A stretch of DNA of 64,000 bases from positions 64,604,001-64,668,000 of the forward strand of contig NC_092356.1 in the NCBI RefSeq assembly GCF_963676685.1, read 5' to 3'. Positions within the stretch are counted from its first letter, which is position 1, and the number at the start of each line of letters is the position of its first letter. Made by a program: the position numbers and the translations under genes. The notes under the pieces were generated by a model. The model worked only from the letters and a program-made list of their open reading frames with translations. It had not been told where the DNA came from and did no database searches. Shown piece by piece: positions 50,401 through 62,350 of the stretch. This stretch comes from Mytilus edulis (taxonomy: Eukaryota).

Positions 50401-53400
50401 ACGCATATCTGACATCACAAATTATGACTTATTACTAATCAAAAACGTATTTGTTGATCTCTTTTTTTACATAAGCACGGAGATGTGGTATGAATTTAAA
50501 CGCGACAGCTATCCACCAGAGACAAAATGAATTGGATGTAGTACGATGAGAGAGCTGTCTACTTATTCCATTGTTCTATTTCTTTTACTGTTTTTGTCCC
50601 ATTGGCAATCATACCACATCTTCTTTTTTTATACGTTAGTAACAATAGATCACCATACGGCTTTTATCAGTGTTTACATAATCCATATCTCGAATATATT
50701 TTTTTTATTTTACTAAAAAGGATTCAGAAGCAACGTAGACATGTAAATCACTTCGTATGTCAACATGCTGTAGAAACAATTGAGATAGATATACAATTAT
50801 TAATACATCGATAGCATATCATTGGTTCCTAATTGTCTACATAGCCAGTGGTATATTGTCACAGATTCTTTCACTTGTAAAAAGAGCTTCGTGCAAACAA
50901 AGTGTTGTACAATATTTTATAATTGGTAAAACTCCTATTTAGAATCAAGATCCTGCCTCCGGAAGAGATTACCATGGCTGTATTTGGCAAAACCGTTCGG
51001 AATTTATGGACTACAATGCTCTTCAACGTCGTACTTTGTTTGGCCTTTTTAACATTGTTTTGATGCGAGCGTCCCTGATGAGTCTTTTGTAGAAAAAACA
51101 CGCGTCCGTCGTAAATATAAAATTCCAATCCTGGTATATATGATGAGTTTATTTATTCGCTTGTAATAAGATCTTCGGTGACTTCTATTACACAAAAATT
51201 GTTTGGATGTATAATTAAATAATAAATAGGTAATCTTTTCTGCTATGATCAAGATCACGAAATTAATTTTCACGGTATTGAGTTATCTTGAATATCGTGC
51301 ACGTGGTTGGTATATTTTTTTCTCCTAAATCATCAATAGTGAATCAAACCTTTTAAACAAATGTACAGTCGTCTAAGAATCTTCTAACGTACTTAATCCT
51401 AAGAAAAACATATAAAATATATACAGAACTCCAAGACAAACTTCGAAAAGTCCATAACATTCATCAAGTTTACATATTCCCATTTACAATAAAATATGAA
51501 TTTAAAAAAAAAATTATGGATCGACCTAAAAGTTTATGTAGTACCATTATTAGTAATTTCAGAATAACAAAGACTAAAAAGTAAAATCAAGAACGAAGTT
51601 GTCGAGCATTGAGGATGTGAAATTCTAAACAGTTTTACAAATACTACGAAGGTAATCTATTCCTTTGGTAGAACATCCCTAGTATTTCGACGATTTCAAA
51701 AGTTTAGTAATCAGTTTATAAAATATAATGACTCTGTCAGTTTATTGCTATCTACGATATAATTGCCAAATTGACTCAATTGGCCCCTATATTACAATTT
51801 GCCTCACGGCGTCCATTGAACTCTAGCCCCACGAATCAATTCCGTTCCATCTAAAACCATTAGTATAGAGACGTACTTTACAGCATGATTTTACTATAGT
51901 ATAAACGTCATCTTCATGTTTTATGTTGCCGAGACCACTTACGATCTGACATGAAAATGACAACAGTGTTAGTTAGTAATTAGTCAATGCCAGCTGAAAT
52001 CAGTGTCTCGTGAGACTAACCTATTACGAAAGATTTATACTAGTACTGACTTATCACTTTTTGATACTGTTTTCTTTCGAGTGTTCGCTTAGTGCACGTA
52101 TGCATTGAGTACACTCGTACTACTATATTGTTATTTGTTCTGTAAGGTAATACAAAGCAAGAAATTGATCTGTGGTCATTTTCATTTTTGTTACGAATAC
52201 CAATATTGTAAAACCTATGAAAACCAATAAAATAAACCCTCAAAAACAGATTCTAAGATAAACTAAGATAAGGGTGCATTTATTCATACAGTTTCATTGA
52301 CAAGATAGTATAATGTACCTCATACTTCTTAAATGAAAAAAGTTCAAAGGTGACCTTGTCTCGAACATGCAGTGAACAAAAGAATACAACATCTAACAGG
52401 CAGTCTTTGATAAAACCATGATAAAGGTATACTAGTGGGTCCATATGAAATGATTATGAAATTGTATTATATAAAAAAAGTTTAAAGAAAAAAAATGGTT
52501 TAAGGCTAAAACTTAATTTTGCAGAGCCATCTGCTGGAAAAAGCTTAATTTCCAAAACCTTGCACAAACAAGTCCTAATTTTATAATCCTGGATAGGCTA
52601 ATGTTTAGCTTGTATTTGAGTTAATTTTTATAACAAGCACCATTCGTCCTTCGAAGTTTGACTAAATGTTATAATTGAGTACATAATGGGGCTCAAAGCT
52701 CTTAAACATTGATAAACCGTAGTTAACCGATGTTTATATCTTAACTAAATGCAGAGACAAAAATAGGTCAGACACATACACTGTGGGATTGCATTGGCTC
52801 TATAAAGATCGAGACCAGGTGTGACGTCTGTGTAATCGTCTACTATTATGCATCATCATTCACCATACGAATTCGTACTAAGTTAAAATGTCACATCCGG
52901 GAATATGACATAATCGGTGAAACTAACAGATCAGACAACTATTATGGTATATGAAGACCTAAGGATGCAAACATATATAGTATAGGATAATCGATCCCCG
53001 AAGGTGACCATAACAGTTGATTTCATTACGTTCTTGATGAAGGTAAATCCACAAAGGCGATAGAAATTAAAAACATGTTGTTTTAATTTTTTTACTACAT
53101 TGAATTATGTAACATCAGCACTGGCATATTTTTTGAAACAAAATCTAAACAATATAAAAACTAAAAAGAAAATATCGAACTCCATGGAAAATTCAAATTA
53201 CAAAATCAAAAGTTAAAACATTTTAAACGACTTAAAAACAACTATCATACTCCTGTCTCGATACAAGGTGTAGAACAAGGTGGACTCATCCTGGTTTTAT
53301 AGCTAACGAAAACTATCGTCGCGAAACAATTCCTTATATTGGCAACAATGTGTTAACAAAACAAACAAACAAAATATGTTAAAATGTTCAAAAAGGGTTT

Positions 53401-55080
53401 CAGTAGTCAATTGTGTGTTGTACGTTCTGTTTTTTTGAGATAAAACATGCCAAACATATATAGGAACCAGGACTAAAACATGCGTGGTTTGTTAAACAGC
53501 TGTATTTACAAAGTGCAACCTACATGTATTTTATGTAATTACTAATAATCAAGACTATAATTGTATTCTAATTTGTTTATAACGTAAGGATCTCTAAATT
53601 TGTTGTATAGAGAATTGTTTCAATTTCACAATAATTGCATTGCCAAACAGACGCCTTGTTATAATATAGCAGTATATTGAATTTATTTAAAAAGAGGAAA
53701 AATACCAAAGTGACATTCAAACTCATAGGTCGAAATAAACTATCAACGTCATGGCTAAAAAAGTAAAAAGACCAACAGATTACTAAAGACTGAACAAAAC
53801 GAACCGGGTCCACCAAAAACACCGGGTGATCTCATGTGCTGAAGTAAGGTAATCAAATCCTGCTCCACATGTAGTACCCGTCATATTGCTCATGTTAGAA
53901 CAAACAAGGTAATAATTTGGTAGGTCACATACTGGAAATGCGGTAGAATTGTAGTTACGACACTAAATTATACGCTGTAAACTGTTGAACGGATATCCAA
54001 TAACGGTCAACCAACCACGTCTACTTGTATTTGTAGGATTTGTATTTTTATCTATCTGATGTCAGATTTAAGCCTTTTTTAAATTATTTTTAAAGGTTGT
54101 TCTTATGTTGTACTGTTACACCATCGTCCCAGGTTTAATCCAGCCACATTCTCTATGTATTTTCATGTCCAAAGTCAGGAGCCTTTTATTCAGTGGTTTT
54201 CAATTGTTTGTATGTTACATATTTTTTTGTCTTTCAATTTTGTCATTTCCAGGCCTTTTATAGCCGACTATGCGGTATGTGCTTTGCTTATTGTTGAAGG
54301 CCGTACGGTTACCAATAGTTGTTAATTTCTATGTCATTATGGTCTCTTGTGGAGAGTTGTCTCAATGGTAATCGTACCACATCTTCTTTTTTTATATTGT
54401 AAATGTTACGAACGGATGATTTTAAGTAAACCACTTTGAACTCTTTCTATAATTACTTCCTTGTTAGGAGCAACCTTATATCAAAAAAGTCATGTAAATA
54501 AACTCATCATGCCTGAGGTAGAAAAGCCTGAGTATTTCAAAAAATTCAAAAATTTGTAACTAGTAAATTTATAAATATTACCATATCAATGACAATTCAT
54601 GCCAACACAAAAAGTGTGTATGATAACATATTCCAATCAGTTTTAAAGAACTATTTGAATTGAATACATCGTTATAATGTAGCATTGCACTTTGAATTAA
54701 AGTATTTTTTAATAAATTAATCCAATTTAGGTTCAAAAACATATATATTTATAATTAAGTTGTAATTATTCAAGCAATATCCGAAATAGTCAATCTAAGT
54801 CAGTTTGCTTATCTGAGTATGCACACATATTTATATACCTTGCAGCTTTCGAAACTCGACAATCCAATGTGTATCCCTTAAGTATAAACATAAATGCGGG
54901 TTCTATGTTAAATATTTTAATCGTGCATATATTTGTTGGGAATTCGCACGAATAAAGGGGTTAGATTTCTAAACCATTTTCTCATTGAAGGATTTTGCAT
55001 CGAATATTTCTTGGAGTTCGGTAATTTTGTTATTTCACCATTTTCCTCAGTTGTGTCCAGACAAAATGAAATTAAAAAGA

Positions 55081-56204
55081 AATTAAAGAACCTTAGTGAG
55101 CACGTTCACATACCCCACGTCCCACATTGTCATTGGAGATATTAAATTAGTGTAAGAAAAAAAATTGTATAAGAAAAAATATTGAATAATAATTTCCTGT
55201 CGATATGCACATCTACATAGTATGTCCTTATTATCTACAAAGTTTCATGAAATTCTGTTGTGTGGTTTCAGAGGAGTTGTGATGACAAACTGTTGCAGTA
55301 GTACATTAAAGTAAATAAGTTCAAAGGGGCGTAACTCCTAGAAAAAAATGAATCGTAATTTCCTGTCGATATGTGCATTTACATAGTATGTCCGTATTAT
55401 CTAAAAAGGTTTCATGAAATTCTGTTGTGTGGTTTCAGAGGAGTTGCGATGACAAACTGTTGCAGCAGTAGTACATTGAAGTAAATAAGTTCAAAGGGGC
55501 GTAACTCCCAGAAAAAAAATTGAATCGTAATTTCCTGTCGATATGCACAACTACATAATATGTCCTTTTTATCTAAAAAGGTTTCGTGATATTCTATTGT
55601 GTAGTTTAAGAGGGGTTGCGATGACAAACTGTTGCAGTGGTACATTAAAGTAAATAAGTTCAAAGGGGCATAACTCCTAGAAAAAAAATGAATCGTAATT
55701 TCCTTTCGATATGTACATTTACATAGTATGTCCTTATTATCTAAAAAGGTTTCATGAAATTCTGTTGTGTGGTTTCAGAGGAGTTGCGATGACAAACTGT
55801 TGTAGTAGTACATTAAAGTAAATAAGTTCAAAGGGGCGAAACTCCTAGAAAAATAAATTGAATCGTAATTTTCTGTCGATATGCACAACTACATAATATG
55901 TCCTTTTTATCTAAAAAGGTTTCGTGAAATTCTGTTGTGTAGTTTAAGAGGGTTTGCGATGACAAACTATTGCAGCAGTACATTAAAGTAAATAAGTTCA
56001 AAGGGGCGTAACTCCTAGAAAAAAAATGAATCGTAATTTCCTTTCGATATGTACATTTACATAATATATCCTTTTTATCTAAAAAGGTTTCGTGAAATTC
56101 TGTCGTGTGGTTTGAGAGGAGTTGCGATGACAGGAAATAGGACTAACGGACAGACTAACGGACGGACTGACGGACTGACAGACGGACTGACGGAAGGACT
56201 GACG

Positions 56205-56240
<36 letters not shown>

Positions 56241-56260
56241 TCGTTGCGTGGGGTATAATG
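55081..56260 (-). mobile_element. Second HINE-like element carrying a ~170-bp satellite array and a (GACG/GACT)n microsatellite
   Basis: AATTTCCTGTCGATATG-type units at about 55191, 55357, 55529, 55697, 55867, 56035. Microsatellite 56140-56215 and terminal hairpin ATTATACCC.CCGCAAC..CGTTGCG.GGGGTATAAT. Confidence 0.8.
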
Positions 56261-56843
56261 ATATTGGGGAAAGTACATGTTAATATCTATAAATATAAAA
56301 CATCTCCTAAAAGAGCCGCCATTAGTGAAACAGCTGTATTAACAAAGAGCAAACTACATGTATTATTACGTAATTACTAGCAATCAAGACTACAGTGTAT
56401 TTTAAATTGTTTTTAAAGTAATGATCTCTAAAATTGCTGTATGGAGAATTGTTTCTATTACACCATGATTACATTGCTAAAGAGACGCCATGTTATTACA
56501 CAGAAGTATATTAAATTGATGCAATTGATTAACGTATGTATTGTGATTCATTTAAACTTTAATTTCAAAGAAGACTTTGTCTATGGAAGTAAGTACATAG
56601 TTATATATACAGAAATGTACTTTTGAGTTAAGTAATGTTTGAAGAAGTCGATCCCATCATGAATAATTGGAGTGTAATAACACAAGGAATAGTTGATTAT
56701 ATTGCAAAATGGTCAATTTAAATAAGTTTGCCTATCTGAGTATAAAAAGTACATGTATTCCTTGTAACTTTCGACATATTATTATCATTATTGTAGGGTA
56801 CATACATCATGTACATGCGGGTATGTTACTTGAAATTAATGAG

Positions 56844-57174
56844 TAAAATTGAGAAAGAAAATGGGGAATGTGTCAAAGCGACAACAACCCGACCAAAGAG
56901 CAGACAACAGCCGAAGGCCACCAATGAGTCTTCAATGTAGCGAGAAACTCCCGCACCTGTAGGCTCCCTTCAGCTGGCTCCTTACAAATATGTATACTAG
57001 TACAGTGATAATGGGCGTCATACTAAACTCCGAATTATACAGAAGAAACTAAAATTAAAAATCATACAAGACTAAGAAAGGCCAGCGGCACGTGACTCGG
57101 GACAGGCGCAAAATTGCAGCGGGGTTAAACATGTTTATGAGATCTCAACCCTCCCCCTATACCTCTAGCCATTG
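56844..57174 (-). mobile_element. Truncated 3' tail of PLE family 1 (older copies at ~19500-20360, 39410-40350, 61580-62012 and 42030-42645)
   Basis: Reverse complement of 38620-38950. Absent at the paralogous sites (~17738, ~33155). Confidence 0.85.
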
Positions 57175-60100
57175 CTTAAAAGGGTGAAATATTTAGAGCT
57201 TTTTCCAATATTTAATTGTATAATAAAACAACAAATATGTCAGTGATATTAACAATGATATATTCAATAACATTATTTTAAATACGAGTTTAACATAGAC
57301 ATAGTCGTTGTTATGCATTGTACCTGTGCAATAATTTCACGGCGTGAAACAGTAAAAGTTTAGATGAATTGACCACGGTTTAGTATGAAAATGTTTTGAG
57401 CTCTTTTAAAACTGTTTAATGTCATTCCAAAAACATTTTTGTCTCGAAAAACATAAAAACTGGCACTGAAACACTTCTATCTGTACTAGATGTGTAAACT
57501 TTTTTTATCAGACCCTGAACTTAAAGTAAGAGCACCATAATATTCCGTATGCTAAAAATAAGTGTTATTTAAGCGGGGTCGGTAAATAGGTTAACATACT
57601 TTGTATAGTTTCAGCCATCGATAATGTCCGTCTGTTGCTAATTTTATCACAAAAAATACCTCAGAGGTATTCTTATCGTTCTGCTGCTGTCCTATTGACG
57701 TATATGCAATATGTCAAATTATTTAAATCCTCTGGATCATAGTAGTTGCCATATTACCTATTTATTATGAAAAAAGAATGTGGTATTATTGTCAATGAGA
57801 CAACTGTCCACACGAGACCAAAATGACACAGACATTAACAACTATAGGTCACCGTACGGCCTTCAACAATGAGCAAATCCCATACCATATAGTCAGCTAT
57901 AAAAGGCCCCGATATGACAATGTAAAACAATGGAAAAGAGAAAACTAACGGCCTTATTTATATAAACCAAATGAACGAAAAACATATATGTAACACGTAA
58001 ACAAACGACTACCACTGAATTACAGATTCCTGATTTGGGATAGGCACATACATAAATAATGGGTTACTCATGTTAGCAGGATCCCAAATCCCCCTAACCT
58101 TGGACAGTGGTATAACAGTACAACATAAGAACGAACTATGGAAATCAGTTGAAAAAGGCTTGACTCATCAGATTGACAAAAATACAATTGAACGTGCCCG
58201 GGTACTTGTACATCCTGACAAAAAAAGACACGTCTTTCTAACACGTGTCTTGTATATCGAAATAGGAAGATGAGAAATGAGTGCCAAAATGAGACATTTT
58301 CCATCCAAGACACAATCTAGTAAAATAAGCAATCATAGGTTCAATGCTGAAAGGTAAGCTATAAAGGGACAAAAAATGACTTGTGTAAAACTATCCAAAC
58401 AAACAAAAAACAAAAAAAAAAACATCGGCCGAATCGGATATAAAAAAGGAGAAAAATTTTATTCAACAAATGAAAGTAATATAATAGGTTTATTTCGAAC
58501 CCTGCAATTTTCACAAAACATATCAAAGCTCCTTCCTTGATGCACATAAACATAGATAACATCATCAATGGTTTTAATAAGGTTAGCAAATGTCCGAGTC
58601 CGTTAAAAAAAATCCAATATCCCCATTAGAAAAATATCAAAACGAAAAACTAAATGAAACTACAGTTGCTGCTCCACTACCTTCGGAACATTTTGAAAGT
58701 CCCAAAATACTGAAATATGTCAGAAAACAAAAATTTAAAAAGGTCTTGTGCATTTTGATGAAACATGATGGATGATATAGGTTTTGTGCATGTTCAAATT
58801 CTCAATATGAAAATATTACTAAGGGTTCAACAGACGTCAGTAAATATTTCATAATGGAAAACCAAACTTTCTGAAAGATGTTTGTATACAAATATAAGTA
58901 AATGTGGTATGATTTCCAATGAGACAACTATACATTTAAGCTCAAATAAAATGGATATAAGTGGTGATAGGCATATATAATGCCTTCAACAATGAGAAAC
59001 ACCCATACCATATTATCAGCTATAAATGGCCCCGATTGATGAATATTCGTTGTTGTTTCTTAAAAACAAATAAATAAACACATTCTTTTCCTCGATTTTA
59101 ATCACTTTTTAATCATAGAAGAAGGTACAATATCATAAAATAAATTTTGTGAAAACTTTGAAAGTTAAGTGACCTCATCAGATATTTGACAAACTCTAAG
59201 TCTTCGCCTTTTTACGAACACAAAATTCAAGAATCAAAAATTTTTCTTTAACTATCTACTAGTATACAAAAGTTGCTGCCCTCATGAATATTAGTTCCGG
59301 CTATAATCGACGGCTAACTTTACACTAGTAAGTTTGTCGGATAGGTAATTGTGTTTTTCACTGTTGTTTCGCTGCTGTCTGGTGGACGAATACCTAAAAT
59401 CTCCGTGTCATCACCAAACATTTTAAATGCTGTATATCGGGTTATACAAACACTTGTTTCTTCGCAAAGAAATAACTCTTCGTCAATCTGAGCATTGAAC
59501 GAATATTTTTTATCACGAACTATAAATGTTTATAAAAAAATGAAAAACTAAGCGAAATTGTTAATCCCGCATTGCACGAAAAAATGTGTTGTCTTTCAGT
59601 AAATAATACGGGTTTTTGGTGGATCGTAAACACGTAGTAGTCTATCATGCATTGTTACTCATTTAGTGGATTGATCAAAAACCCAGGTAAAAACAAATTG
59701 CGTCACACGTAAATAAACAATTACATGTGCGAGGACATAAGAAAGCTAATTCATGCATTTCCATATAAGGTAGTGTTCCCGACCTGTTAAAACAGAAACA
59801 AGTGTTTAAATAGAAAAACATATTTTACAAAACAATATTTACAGTTTTATTTTGAGCTTATACATTAGCCTTTACTATAAAAGTTCTAATGACGTCAAAC
59901 AAAGAACATGATTTACTTATCTAATACTCATGTTACATATATTTATGTAAATGAGCAATGATTTTCTCGGAAAATTTACAAAAAAATGTTATTCTTGTCA
60001 ATTATATCTTTAAAAAATGTAATCAAACATTACATATATTGTACAAAATAAATTATTATATTGTGTTTTATGCAGTATCAATAAAATCTAAAAGAGTTTG

Positions 60101-62034
60101 ATTATTAATCACTGTCAAAAAATTAAAAATAAAATGTTTTCATGACTACAAAACTATTATAACTACTTCGTCAATATAATCTGATTTAAGTAAGAATGCA
60201 CTTTTCTGTTTTTGCTGGTTGCACTTTCATTGTCCAAAATGTATAACAGAACATAAAGTGTTTTTGTTGTGGGAATGGTAGAGGGTCATTATGTTAGTTA
60301 TGTCTGAGAATCCGAGGAAACCACGAGTCTGTTCCGTATCAGATTTATGATTATTGATTAGCGTAGTTTACCATGTTCTTTTGGTACCACGAATTCCAGA
60401 TTTACAGATATTAACATAGACATTTAATAGAGCGAACAGGGTAGAGTGTCCTGTATAAAAAAAGGTAAACTAGTACTCTGTACGTAGTACGTAGTACATA
60501 ATTTTTTAATGTGAAATTAAGAAAATGTGCCACTGAGACAACTCTGAACAAGAGCATTAGAGCAGTCCGATATGACAGCTAGACAACTATCGACCTAATT
60601 CATGTGCACAAAAATGAACGAAAAACAAATATACTTCCCAGCAACAAACGACTACAACTGAATAATAGGTTCCTGACTTGTTACATGCACCTACAAAATG
60701 TGGAGGGGTTAAACAAATTTGAAGGCGCCAACCCTTCTCACACACTTGGACAGGAGTGTTACAGTACAACATGAGAATAAACTATTGCAAACATCAGTTG
60801 AAAATAGCATAATTAGACAGATGGATACAAATTGAAATACATCTAACAGAATTAAGAGTGGACCTGACAGGGTACTTATACATCCCAACAACTAACAACT
60901 TTCTACATTTTTTTTCTATTTCAAACTGGTAATTAAAGCAATATTTGATAGATTGTGTCTATGGAAGAAGTACATAGCACTCTTTGTATCATCTAATGTT
61001 GCATAATGGAAATACGAAATTGATAGTATCTAGTATAATTGTATAAAACAGAGAATAAAGCACTTTGTACGCTATTATCCTCTTGTACATTTTCTCCATA
61101 GGAGATACAAGCATAATAAGTGCGAAACGTAATTACAACTATCATCTTTCATGATAATAATAAATTTAATGTATGGATAATATCAAGTTAACGTAAAAGC
61201 ATCAACAAGGATTTGACGATTTCATTGAATTTTCAAAGCAGGCATCTGTATATTTTATGAAATATATGCTTGTAGATATAAAGTACGCATAATCATATTC
61301 TACAGTTATCAAAGGAAAGGCACAAGACAATCATTACGCAATGTAAAATTCAGAGTACAGGAGATCTGGGAAAAAATAAAGCACAGTTCCACAAAAAAAG
61401 GGCGAAAGATACCAGACAGACATTCAAACTAATAGATCAAAAATAAACTGACAACGCCATGACTAAAAAAGAAAAAGTCATACAGACAAAAAATAATATA
61501 CAAGACACAACATTGAAAACTAAAACCTGAGCAACACGATATAGCATGGTGCAATCTATTAGTATTGAATAGAACAGAGAACTATACGGAGAATGTGTCA
61601 AAGACGCAACAACCGGACCCAGGATCAGATAACAACCGAAGGCCACCTATGGGTGCTCAACGCAGCATGAAAATTTAGCACTAAGGAAGCGAAATGTATC
61701 CCAGTTCAGCGAAATGTACACTATGCGACACTCTGAATATTACAAAAGAACCAAAATGTAAAGAACACACAAGTCTTACAAAAGCTCTAAGTCCTTGAAT
61801 TTGGGAAGACGAAAAATACTATGATTACACATTGTTTGTGAGATTCCAAACTCTTTATACATCTAGTCAATAATGTTGAAACGCAATGCACACAGGATGC
61901 GCACAATAAAAATCAGTTCAGAAGAAGTCCGAGTACGATGTAACAACAGATTACCGAAGAAAAAACAATTACAATGATAAACATAATTTGATTAAAGAAT
62001 ACAAACAATTACTGGGTCCGTGTATATCTGCGTC

Positions 62035-62350
62035 CAATCGTTTTTCGTTTTGAAATATCAAAAACAAAAAACAAAAAACGAAAGTGTTCTCATTTTTCGT
62101 TTTTGATTTCATAAAAACCAAAATGAAAAACGAAAGTGTTTTCATTTTTCGTTTTTGATTTCTTATAAACCAAAATGAAAAACAAAAGTGTTTTCGTTTT
62201 TCGTTTTTGATTTCACAAACAAAAAACGAAAAACAAAAGTATTTTCATTTTTCAATTTTGATTTCTCAAAAACTAAAATCGAAAAATGAAAGTGTTTTCA
62301 TTATTCAATTTTGATTTCACAAAACAAAAAACGAAAAAAGAAAGTGTATT
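62035..62350. repeat. ~52-bp tandem array of imperfectly palindromic units, probably the end of an unclassified DNA element
   Basis: About six units like AAAACCAAAATGAAAAACGAAAGTGTTTTCATTTTTCGTTTTTGATTTC. Duplication copy D stops abruptly just before it (~62015). Confidence 0.75.

Larger units (their letters stand above)
48690..62015. repeat. Segmental duplication copy D (truncated at ~62.0 kb)
   Basis: Collinear with copies B and C from TTCTAGGCAAG (49160) to GATTAAAGAATACAA (~62005). Confidence 0.85.

Noticed and set aside
56049-56278. Overlapping ORFs with SVSP / TDG repeats
   Set aside because: They are translations of the HINE microsatellite.
62035-62350. Regular palindromic repeats resembling a CRISPR array
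   Set aside because: There are no unique spacers and no cas genes, and the context is eukaryotic.
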